Of a stretch of DNA of 64,000 nt, positions 25,001 to 35,813 are shown in pieces. Origin of the DNA: Haliotis rufescens (Eukaryota); the NCBI RefSeq assembly GCF_023055435.1, contig NW_025963957.1, positions 7,502,001 through 7,566,000 of the forward strand, read 5' to 3'. The notes under the pieces were generated by a model. It made no database searches, was not told the DNA's origin, and saw only the letters and a program-made list of their open reading frames with translations. The first letter of the stretch is position 1. Every line of letters starts with the position of its first letter. The position numbers and the translations under genes are program-made.

Positions 25001-26562
25001 TGACATACATCAATCTAATTAGCGACCCTGACACCCGATCCCGTTAGCAGAGCAACAATGTGTGGAGTTGGGACACGATGACATACATCAATCAAGTTAG
25101 CGACCCTGACACCCGACCCCGTTAGCAGAGCAACAATGTGTGGAGTTGGGACACGATGACATACATCAATCTAATTAGCGACCCTGACACCCGATCCCGT
25201 TAGCAGAGCAACAATGTGTGGAGTTGGGACACGATGACATACATCAATCAAGTTAGCGACCCTGACACCCGACCCCGTTAGAAGAACAACAATGTGTGGA
25301 GTTGGGACACGATGACATACATCAGTCTAATTAGCGACCCTGACACCCGATCCCGTTAGCAGAGCAACAATGTGTGGAGTTGGGACACGATGACATACAT
25401 CAATCAAGTTAGCGACCCTGACACCCGACCCCGTTAGCAGAGCAACAATGTGTGGAGTTGGGACACGATGACATACATCAATCTAATTAGCGACCCTGAC
25501 ACCCGATCCCGTTAGCAGAGCAACAATGTGTGGAGTTGGGACACGATGACATACATCAATCAAGTTAGCGACCCTGACACCCGACCCCGTTAGAAGAACA
25601 ACAATGTGTGGAGTTGGGACACGATGACATACATCAATCAAGTTAGCGACCCTGACACCCGACCCCGTTAGAAGAACAACAATGGGTGGAGTTTGGACAC
25701 GATGACATACATCAATCAAGTTAGCGACCCTGACACCCGACCCCGTTAGCAGAGCAACAATGTGTGGAGTTGGGACACGATGACATACATCAATCTAATT
25801 AGCGACCCTGACACCCGATCCCGTTAGCAGAGCAACAATGTGTGGAGTTGGTACACGATGACATACATCAATCAAGTTAGCGACCCTGACACCCGACCCC
25901 GTTAGAAGAACAACAATGGGTGGAGTTTGGACACGATGACATACATCAATCAAGTTAGCGACCCTGACACCCGACCCCGTTAGCAGAGCAACAATGTGTG
26001 GAGTTGGGACACGATGACATACATCAATCAAGTTAGCGACCCTGACACCCGATCCCGTTAGCAGAGCAACAATGTGTGGAGTTGGGACACGATGACATAC
26101 ATCAATCAAGTTAGCGACCCTGACACCCGACCCCGTTAGCAGAGCAACAATGTGTGGAGTTGGGACACGATGACATACATCAATCAAGTTAGCGACCCTG
26201 ACACCCGATCCCGTTAGCAGAGCAACAATGTGTGGAGTTGGGACACGATGACATACATCAATCAAGTTAGCGACCCTGACACCCGACCCCGTTAGCAGAG
26301 CAACAATGTGTGGAGTTGGGACACGATGACATACATCAATCAAGTTAGCGACCCTGACACCCGACCCCGTTAGCAGAGCAACAATGTGTGGAGTTGGGAC
26401 ACGATGACATACATCAATCAAGTAAGCGACCCTGACACCCGACCCCGTTAGCAGAGCAACAATGTGTGGAGTTGGGACACGATGACATACATCAATCAAG
26501 TTAGCGACCCTGACACCCGACCCCGTTAGCAGAGCAACAATGTGTGGAGTTGGGACACGATG
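22008..26562. repeat. 78-bp satellite array (~58 copies) derived from an internal segment of SINE family 1
   Basis: Period 78 (identical line starts every 780 bp). The unit aligns to 18393-18470, and the flank 21890-22007 is the rest of the SINE. Confidence 0.97.
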
Positions 26563-26762
26563 ATATATCCTTGTTTGGGCATATGTAGGTGTCAGGTACA
26601 GATGTGAGTTTGATATATCTTTCTTTGGGCATATGTAGGTGTAAGGTACAGATGTGAGTTTGATATATCCTTGTTTGGGCATATGTAGGTTTCAGGTACA
26701 GATGTGAGTTTGATATCTCTCTGTGCATATGTAGGTGTCAGGTACAGATGTGAGTTTGATAT
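26563..26762. repeat. 50-bp minisatellite (4 copies) sharing the core tgtaggtgtcaggtacagat with the 43-bp array
   Basis: Direct tandem copies. Confidence 0.9.
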
Positions 26763-26779
26763 ATGTTTGTAAGAAAATG

Positions 26780-28174
26780 CATGGAAATGTTTTTGCTTGT
26801 GTTCGTACGGGAAATTTAGAAATTTTAGAACTGACGCATTTCCGACCGATTTAGATAATAGTGCAACAAAAGGTATTTTTGTGAATGAGTTTATTGATGA
26901 AATCAAATTGTTGCTGTTTGCGGATTACATTGTCTTTGTAGCAGAACTCTGTAATTGAGCATCTTTTTGTGATACCTGGGGTCTGGGAGTGAACCTGGAT
27001 AAATCAAATATAATTGTATTCAGAATTAAAGGTGTTATAACACCACTTGGAAAAATGGAACTATAAAAATACAGAACTGAAAATAGTGACATAAAATAAA
27101 TACTTGGGCATTGTCTTTCCATCACGTCTTCTGTTGTCTTAGGTCTGTGACACCCTAGCAACACAGGCCAAGAAAACATGTTTTCCTAGTTTTAAGTTGA
27201 CTAAGCTCTATCCGTACATGCCATTTAAGGTAATTGTTTCTATATTCGATAGTAAAATAGCTTCGATCGCTTGTTATGGAAGTGAAATTTGAGGATTTAT
27301 ATTTGGAGAAAGTATAGAAAAAGTCCAAAGTGTTTTAAAGATATTTGCAAATAAGTAATAAAGCATCATCTAATGCGGTTCTTGGAGAAGTTGGCCGTTA
27401 TCATCTGAATGTTATTTATTTCAGCCGATGTATAAGATATTGGTGTAGATTGATGCGCAGGAATTCAAATCGACTGCCACATGCTTGTTATAAATGCTGA
27501 AAGTACAAGATGATAATGGTGGTGTAAATTGGGCATCTCATGCGAGAATGCTTTTGTTTAAATCTGGTAATGGTTATGCGTGGATATCACAGGACTGTGG
27601 ACATATACATTGTTTTATGGAATTATTCAAGAGATGAAGTATTGTCATGGTTGTACAAAACTGGACTCTAAACATTAACAATTCTGTGTTCTTGAACCAT
27701 TATGCGTCAAATAAATCTCTATTTGAAACTAAACTCTATATAACCTCATGCTTTGATAAGGATCTTGTAAGAGTTTAAGCGAAATTTCGATGTTTAGCAC
27801 ATGGTTTAAAAGAACAAAAACAGCGCTTTAGCAAGCAGTTTATGCAACCGGAATTTGTATTCTGTGAAAAGTGTGATTTATAATAATTAGAAAATGAATA
27901 TCATTTTGCACTAGTTTGCCGATATTACCAGAAAAGCAGAGATAGTTTAATTCCCCGTTATCTTCATCATTGTCCATAAAAACTGAAATTTGCCTCCCTG
28001 ATGTCCCCCCAGAATGTTAATGTATAAGAGGTTTTGTTCTTTATCTAAAGAGAAGTTTGCCAGTTTATCATTCAACAGAACTGTTAATCTGTATTAAAGA
28101 TAGTACGCATGTTATATGAAAAATAATTGTACTCTAGGCCACCAGGCCTTCAATACTGAGTAAACTCTCTCTCT
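26780..28174 (+). mobile_element. 5'-truncated, decayed non-LTR retrotransposon (RT C-terminal region and Cys/His knuckle)
   Basis: Broken motifs WGLGVNLDKSNIIVFR, YLG, FDSKIASIACYGSEI*GF, IEKVQ, SSNAVLGEVGRY, IRYWCRL, C..C..ENEYHFALVC..Y..R; (CT)n tail. Confidence 0.85.
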
Positions 28175-28213
28175 GTAAGGATATGTGCAGGTGTCAGGTA
28201 CTTATGTGAAGTT

Positions 28214-28500
28214 CATTTATCAACCAAAACTGACTTCTACGGGAGATATGTTGTAGAAGTCGCTGCAATGAAATTACGTAACAATGCTTTGCAAACCATT
28301 GTGATGTATTTTGGTCCATGACGTCACAATCAAATGACATCACTAATGTTACTCTAATGGCTCTGTTACTGAAGCTGTTAGCAGTACTCTTAAGACACTG
28401 CTTATTACTGTCTACATACTGAAAGTGGAAAAAACTCCTCGGCAAGTTTCGTGTTTTTTGTTGATATTTGATATCAAAAGACACGAGGGTGAGATTCTCT
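28214..28500 (-). mobile_element. Family B hairpin/subTIR element, reversed and internally deleted
   Basis: catgacgtcacaatcaaatgacatcac is the reverse complement of 15945-15971. The outer hairpin arm is at 28460-28500. Confidence 0.7.
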
Positions 28501-30030
28501 ATATATCTTTGTTTGGGTATGTGTAGGTGTCAGGTAATAATGTGAGTTTGAAATATCTTTGTCCGGGTACATATAGGTGTCAGGTGCAGATGGATATGTC
28601 ATTGTCTGAGTGTCTGTAGGTGTCAGGTGCAGATTGATATGTCATTGTCTGAGTGTCTGTAGGTGTCAGGTACAGATTGATATGTCATTGTCCGAGTGTC
28701 TGTAGGTGTCAGGTGCAGATTGATATGTCATTGTCTGAGTGTCTGTAGGTGTCAGGTACAGATTGATATGTCATTGTCTGAGTGTCTGTAGGTGTCAGGT
28801 GCAGATAGATATGTCTTGTCTGAGTGTCTGTAGGTGTCAGGTACAGATTGATATGTCATTGTCTGAGTGTCTGTAGGTGTCAGGTGCAGATGGATATGTC
28901 TTGTCTGAGTGTCTGTAGGTGTCAGGTACAGATTGATATGTCATTGTCTGAGTGTCTGTAGGTGTCAGGTGCAGATTGATATGTCATTGTCTGAGTGTCT
29001 GTAGGTGTCAGGTACAGATTGATATGTCATTGTCCGAGTGTCTGTAGGTGTCAGGTACAGATTGATATGTCATTGTCCGAGTGTCTGTAGGTGTCAGGTG
29101 CAGATGGATATGTCATTGTCTGAGTGTCTGTAGGTGTCAGGTGCAGATTGATATGTCATTGTCTGAGTGTCTGTAGGTGTCAGGTACAGATTGATATGTC
29201 ATTGTCTGAGTGTCTGTAGGTGTCAGGTGCAGATGGATATGTCTTGTCTGAGTGTCTGTAGGTGTCAGGTACAGATTGATATGTCATTGTCTGAGTGTCT
29301 GTAGGTGTCAGGTGCAGATGGATATGTCTTGTCTGAGTGTCTGTAGGTGTCAGGTACAGATTGATATGTCATTGTCTGAGTGTCTGTAGGTGTCAGGTGC
29401 AGATGGATATGTCTTGTCTGAGTGTCTGTAGGTGTCAGGTACAGATTGATATGTCATTGTCTGAGTGTCTGTAGGTGTCGGGTACAGATTGATATGTCAT
29501 TGTCCGAGTGTCTGTAGGTGTCAGGTACAGATTGATATGTCATTGTCTGAGTGTCTGTAGGTGTCAGGTACAGATGGTTATGTCACTGTCTGAGTGTCTG
29601 TAGGGGTCAGGTGCAGATGGATATGTCATTGTCTGAGTGTCTGTAGGTGTCAGGTACATATGGATATATCATTGTCTGAATGTTTGTAGGTGTCAGGTAC
29701 AGTTAGATACACTAATTAAGACGGGCCGACCTTGTGTTCATGGTCTGGTGAACACAGGTCAATGGCCGCTCATTAACTCAAGATTCACATCTCACTGTTT
29801 TGATTTATCTCACTTTCCATTTGATATATTTTCCAACTTCAACTGAAACCCGGTCCCGTGTTACACGCATGGCACACGCGTGTGCAACGAGTGACACACG
29901 CGTTCTTAACGCGTGTCAGGGGAATGAACTTTTAGGCAGTAGTGTATGTCATTGTCCGAGTGTCTGTAGGTGTCAGGTACAGATGGTTATGTCACTGTCT
30001 GAGTGTCTGTAGGTGTCAGGTGCAAATGGA
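28501..30030. repeat. 43-bp minisatellite (tgtctgtaggtgtcaggtRcagattgatatgtcattgtctgag)n, interrupted at ~29705-29945
   Basis: Direct tandem copies. Confidence 0.95.
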
Positions 30031-30666
30031 CAGACGAAGCCTTCGTTTGTTGACAAATTCACTTTTATTTGGTTGTGAATATTACACTAATTAGACATCA
30101 CACAGGACATACATCTGATCTTGTATCAAGATTTAAATCATCCCTTACTTGTGTGTTAATATGTTTTTCGTATTTATGAAAATATACCAATTATTGATAA
30201 ATTTGTGTTCCAATGAATAACTGCTAGTGTACTAACACAAATACAAATAATTACTCTGGATGAGGTCATTCCAGTGACCTAGCTGCGAACCGAAAATGTT
30301 AATGTACCTGACGCCATCTTGTTTTCTCCTTGACGGGTCAATGTTCATCACGTGACAGGTCAAAACCGATCATGTTACGAGTCAATATTCGAGGTCAGCG
30401 TCAGTCACACGATTTGGGGGTCTTCATTGAAATGTATTGTTTTGTCCCGTGTTACGGATTAACCAATGGAGTTTCAAGATTCTCAATCTTTAACAACGTG
30501 AAATGATAGAAACGGTTTATATACATGGGAAAGTCTTGAGAACAACTTTATCACTGCAGACCTTCTGACATCACTACCTACCAACTATCGCTACACCAAG
30601 AGTCCGCCTTACAGACAAGGTGCTGAGACTGCTGAACCATCCTTGCTGGATGTCGGGATGAGATGG

Positions 30667-30845
30667 TCAGCCCGCAAACGCGTACTTCGTGTAAGTGATA
30701 ATTGGGTGTTCGCAGACTTTGCAAGCACCGCAACATTTGAGATTTCCCGGGCACTGATAGTCGAAGGTACATTCCGGAGGTTGGCCACACAACACACGGC
30801 CCCGGTGATAGTGATACACAGCGGCTGGGCAGAAGCCTCGTCTCA
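30667..30845 (-). CDS. Secreted repeat/WAP protein, exon 4 of 4: WAP four-disulfide core and stop
   Basis: ctttcag|(V)RRGFCPAAVYHYHRGRVLCGQPPECTFDYQCPGNLKCCGACKVCEHPIITYTKYAFAG*. 8 Cys in WAP spacing; this frame is not in the ORF track. Candidate AATAAA at 30069-30064. Confidence 0.88.
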
Positions 30846-31038
30846 CTGAAAGAGATGAAATATAATTGCAGACAGTGACGTGAACAGTTTACATATTGGT
30901 ATGTCGTGTCATGGTTACAACAGAAATGGAGCGTATTGCTGACCGGTTAAGTCTATTATGCCCAGTTGAATACTTTTTCAGACTGGTCTGATCATGATTT
31001 GTTTATAAATTGGGTTTGTTATCGCCTCCTCTTGTACG

Positions 31039-31204
31039 NNNNNNNNNNNNNNNNNNNNNNNNNNNNNNNNNNNNNNNNNNNNNNNNNNNNNNNNNNNNNN
31101 NNNNNNNNNNNNNNNNNNNNNNNNNNNNNNNNNNNNNNNNNNNNNNNNNNNNNNNNNNNNNNNNNNNNNNNNNNNNNNNNNNNNNNNNNNNNNNNNNNNN
31201 NNNN
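31039..31204. other. Assembly gap (N run) within intron 3 of the WAP gene
   Basis: Run of N. Confidence 1.
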
Positions 31205-31378
31205 CCGGACTGATGCTGATTTATAGTGATAACTGCCAGGGATACCCCACTTAGACACAGTATACTGACTCCGAGCCGATCAGTCCTTGTTTTAGCCCCT
31301 TAACGCCGAGCGGCAGACAGGGTAACAACAAGTGCCATCTTTTAACGCATTTTGGTATGACGATCCCGGGGATCGACG
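31205..31378 (-). mobile_element. SINE fragment (family 3, molluscan-type core)
   Basis: cagtatactgactccgagccgatcagtc..aacgccgagcggcagacagggtaacaacaagtgccatctttt..tggtatgacg..ggggatcga resembles widespread molluscan SINE cores (from memory). Single copy here. Confidence 0.5.
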
Positions 31379-31660
31379 GTTGATTATAATTCAACATGCC
31401 ATCCAACGACTACAACACGTTACATCGAGTGTCCTTTGAATTCACAAACTGAATGACATAGTTTTCTCCAATAGAGGAGTTGTCTGTCAAAGTGGCTGCT
31501 GCGGTGGTTATTAACAACATTCAAGGTGTCAGCTGTAACATGCATGTGGCTATTTTAAAATACGTTAATTTGATGTTAGGCGATTCCGAGAAAGGATCAA
31601 CGCTGACACAACGGAGAAAACAGGTAGTATTTTACTGTAAACAACAGACACATATCTTTG

Positions 31661-32683
31661 TTTATCATATAATGGTTAGGTTTCTCGGCAGGATAAAGCC
31701 AACGGATAAAAACGATATCCGTTGGGGTCATATGCGGATAGAGATGCAAATATCAAAGGTCATGTAGGGATTACTTTCACTGTTTATAAACAAACATGGC
31801 GTCGCCCTCGTCAATCGGCGATCGAGTCAGAATTACCCATCGGGAATGTGGATAAACTACAGAGATAATTGCTTTCATTATCAAAAGAACAGTCTAATAT
31901 ACTGAAAATCAGTGTCTAACTGTGACGTAGCTAAGGCATTTTATAAGTTTTGGCAACTTTGGAGATATAAATTTCGACACAATTTTGCGAGGGCACGAGG
32001 CCTAGCCAAGCGGGATCAGTAGCCATATCTGTGCTTGTAGACCTCTGCGGCTTGAACCTTTCTCCACAATTTAAAATAGTTGGATTTTGCCGAAATATGT
32101 TTTAATTGTTACATTGTTTCGTTTTGTCGCTGTGTGTACATCTGACTACACTTCTTAACGTTATGACAGGACAGACCGACTGTCAACAACGTCCGACCGT
32201 GGCCGCGACGTCTCATAGACTAGGGTTAGAGTAGCTTCCCTTTGACAAAGGGCAGTTACTCAAGCAGACAGACCGATGGATTTCCGCGAAAGGCAATTAA
32301 GAACAATTGTTGTTTTGCGTATATGTTGCTTCGCCACTGTATAAGAAAGAGATTTCAGTTGGAACTATATTGGCTACTGTCACTGTCCAACTGTCACATC
32401 CCTTACCCTGTGACGTAATAAATATTAATGCGCGCATTCCAGGAAAACTCGCAATGTTTCGGTATTGTTTGTGAGAGAGGGAAAGCGATTTTGAAGCAAA
32501 GAATTAAAGAATGACATTATATGATAAAGAGGTTATCACGCTTGTGTGTTTGGGGATGGTAAATATCTTGTATTAGGAATAAACAGTATGTATTTAGCTC
32601 GCCAAGGCTCGCTAAATACAATGTTTATTCCTAATGCAGGATATTTACCATCCCCAAACACACTCGCGTGATAACCTCTTTAT
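31661..32683 (-). mobile_element. Family A hairpin/subTIR element, intact hairpin
   Basis: Reverse complement of 7663-8603. About 160-bp palindrome at 32524-32683, subTIR tttatcatataatg / cattatatgataaa. Confidence 0.88.
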
Positions 32684-32725
32684 ATTGCGTGGAGAATATT
32701 ATATTTCTGTAATCAGTTGAAATAC

Positions 32726-32816
32726 CTTTGGGGACACACTCGGCCTGGGGGGTGCAATACTGGGGTGTCGGACATCTAATGCTGCGACACAGTTGGCCGC
32801 GTGGGCATCGCACATC
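32726..32816 (-). CDS. Secreted repeat/WAP protein, exon 3: Cys-rich module
   Basis: ccttgcag|DVRCPRGQLCRSIRCPTPQYCTPQAECVPK-G|gtattt, phase 0 to 1. Completes a 6-Cys DPC..V.C..G..C (follistatin-N-like) pattern with exon 2. Confidence 0.85.
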
Positions 32817-33330
32817 CTGCAAGGAAAATGCTCAGTGGAGATACTGGGGACTCAACGACTGCTACGAGGATGAAAACATATTCCAAGATGACATCCATGA
32901 TAAACGCGACACGTCCAACCTCTTAAATGAGGTATTGTTAATGTCAAATCTTTAAATTTAAAATAGGCTATGATACAATAAAACATACACACAATCTGAT
33001 CAGATGCATCCATCTATTTATCGAATTGAATAGATGTTGCCTTCGCTTTTCATAATCTCGATACATGGCAAAATGTCATACTTGTGTCAAAATCCTGCTT
33101 GTTTCTTTCGTAAATACTGATATGACATGTAAAGGACAACACAACACAAATATTATAATGCCTATCGTTACACAAGTTACCGAGCCGAAGAAATTCCAAA
33201 TGAATTAATATATCAACGTGTTAAATTTACGAAATTAGACACTTTAGTACACCAACTGAAAACTATAGGAAAAAATAAGTCAATGTTTTTATATCTTATA
33301 AATGTGAATTTGTATCTATGTAACACATAC

Positions 33331-34233
33331 CGCACAGGGATCCGGCTGAGCTGGTCTTTGTCCTGTACCTTGTGCTGGCCTTTGTCTTCTACCTTGTTCT
33401 GGAGCAGGAGGCAGTGGATGTGCTGATCTTTGTCTTATTCCTGGTGCTGGATCTACTGGTAGTCCACTTCCTTGTCCAATTCCTGCTGCTGTGTCTACTG
33501 GTAGTCCACTTTCTTGTCCTATTCCTAGTGCTGGATCTACTGGTAGTCCACTTCCTTGTCCAATTCCTAGTGCTGGATCTACTGGTAGTCCACTTCCTCG
33601 TCCTATTCCTAGTGCTGGGTCTACTGGTAGTCCACTTCCTTGTCCTATTCCTAGTGCTGGGTCTACTGGTAGTCCATTTCCTTGTCCTATTCCTAGTGCT
33701 GGATCTACTGATAGTGCACTTCCTTGTCCTATTCCTAGTGCTGGATCTACTGATCCTTGTCCAATTCCTGGTGCTGGATCTACTGGAAATGCACTTCCTT
33801 GTCCTATTCCTGCTGCTGGATCTACTGGTAGTGCATTTCCTTGTCCTATTCCTGCTGCTGGATCTACTGACAGAACACTTCCTTGTCCTAATGCTAGTGC
33901 TGGGTCTACTGGTAGTGCATTTCCTTGTCCTATCCCGGGTGTTTGATCTAGTGGTAGCGGATGTGCTAGTCCGTGAACTGTGCCTAGTGCTGGATCTTGT
34001 GTCAGTGGCTGTATCTGAGTGTGTGCTGCTGACGGTACTGCAGCCGCTGCTGGTTGTGACGCCGCTGCTGGTGCTGCTGCAAGTGCGACTGGATGTACGT
34101 GTGCCGCTGTGTGTGCAACAAGCAGTGGCTGTCCATATGTAACCATGTGGTCAGCTGGGTGGGTCATCCACCAGTGGTAGGGAACCATCTTAACAAGCAT
34201 CCCATAACTTGTCGCCCACACAGAGGCAAGTAT
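33331..34233 (-). CDS. Secreted repeat/WAP protein, exon 2: end of signal peptide, His/Ala/Pro-rich region, 14-aa Gly/Pro repeats, basic linker
   Basis: cttgcag|ILASVWATSYG...(GIGQGSGLPVDPAL)~13...QPDPCA|gtatgt. 903 nt, phase 0 to 0, open through non-repetitive flanks. Confidence 0.85.
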
Positions 34234-35584
34234 CTGCAAGTCAGGAGAATGACAATGTTATCTAATGAGTGTTTCCAGAATAGTTATCATAGCAATATTT
34301 CTATTAATAGATTAACTTAATTTATATCAGCATGCAATGCTAATTATTTAACTTGAAAAACTACTATTTATAACAGTACTTTGATTGTCGACCTGAGTGT
34401 ATATCACAATACTGCTTGTCACCCTCACCAATCAATCACACCCTTCCGTGTCACTGTCAACAGGTGTTGGGGTGTAGGATATGAAACTCTTATCTTAACT
34501 TTTGATTTGACGGTGACAAGAAAAGATACCAAAATGCTGTCGATCGGTATTTCTTTACCTGATCCAATAATTGGATAACACCATCATTCTTTAAAGTGTA
34601 ATGGACAAAATTTACATGCCATTCTAGAATTTAGAAAATTCCTCCATATACTTTGAATATAAGTGCTATTGTCCATTACAGTATAGAATTCATCACATTG
34701 TTTATTACATAATAGTATTCATTCCATTTTTTGTCGTGACATATGAAACACTTATACACACAACGACAGAGAAACATTGTACAACGAGTGAATCAAGGGG
34801 TTTATATACATTGTGTACGGCATCAAGTTTTCTATTTGTGGATTGGTGATGAAATAACATGGGTAGTTTCCTGTTCTGCCTCCCTTCCAGTGTTACATGA
34901 GAAGTGTTCATGTTCATCCTTTATCTTAAATGTAAACAAGCTTCAGATCAAACTCACATAGAGGTACAGCCACTGTACGGAATGTAACGATGACTCGATA
35001 CACCCAGGAATGGAGTTGAGTTTTCATGGTACTAATGTTGTATTCAAGTAGTATTCTGGCTATAAATAGGGGAACACCGGACATTGAAATACAACGTTGT
35101 ACATATCTGAACGCTTGAACAACTAGACCACCCAACCGATCCTTCTTACATATAGACATATCATAAAACAACTGATGTCTGTGTTTGACAGTAGCCACAA
35201 CTTCTGCTACAGCTAATCAACTCCAACGAAAAAGATGGAATTAAAGTATCAAATTGAAGATCACACCGCCCGACGTCGCCCAAAGATAACCGGTAAATAT
35301 AAAACAATAACGATACACTAACGAAAGGTAACGTGATGTTATTTGCACATCTTCCATGCTAAAGGTGCACCTAAACAATCTTTTCAAATGATTTACAAAG
35401 TTGACTTAAGAATTCACTGACTCTAAATTATGCTTAAACATTAAAACCAGCTGTTGGTTATGATCGGCCTCACCTCTATCGACGTTTAGTTTTGTTTTCA
35501 ACAACCAAAATGAAACATATTCTACATGCTACTGTTGAAAAGACAATGCTGCTACTGACAATAAACTGCTTAACAGACAATATT

Positions 35585-35755
35585 GCTACTTACAAACTAC
35601 AATAGGAAAGACATTGTTCCAACTTACAAACATTCGTAGGAAAGACATTGTTGCCACTTACAAACATTCGTAGGAAAGACATTGTTGCCACTTACAAACA
35701 TCTGTAGGAAAGACATTGTTCCTACTTACAAATAACTGTAGGAAAGACATTGTTG
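35585..35755 (-). repeat. 34-bp minisatellite (5 copies), each containing ATG + 6 codons + gtaagt donor
   Basis: ATGs at 35750, 35716, 35682, 35648 and 35614, each followed 21 nt later by gtaagt. Confidence 0.92.
35730..35750 (-). CDS. Secreted repeat/WAP protein, exon 1 coding part (MSFLQLF)
   Basis: acaATG TCT TTC CTA CAG TTA TTT|gtaagt, phase 0. Joins to give signal peptide MSFLQLFILASVWATSYG. Confidence 0.8.
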
Positions 35756-35806
35756 CTCCTCCGTATAACTGTGTAACCTTGCTCTGATCTCTTGGTTGAC
35801 GTGGTC

Positions 35807-35813
35807 TTTTATA
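35807..35813 (-). promoter_or_regulatory. TATA box of the WAP gene
   Basis: cTATAAAAg 57-63 bp upstream of the ATG at 35750. Confidence 0.7.

Noticed and set aside
22008-26562. CRISPR-like regular array
   Set aside because: Units are contiguous with no unique spacers, no cas genes are present, and the context is eukaryotic.
33372-34142. Plus-strand 256-aa Leu/Val-rich and 151-aa Pro/Cys ORFs
   Set aside because: Antisense shadows of the coding repeat. Splice sites and domain continuity support only the minus-strand frame.
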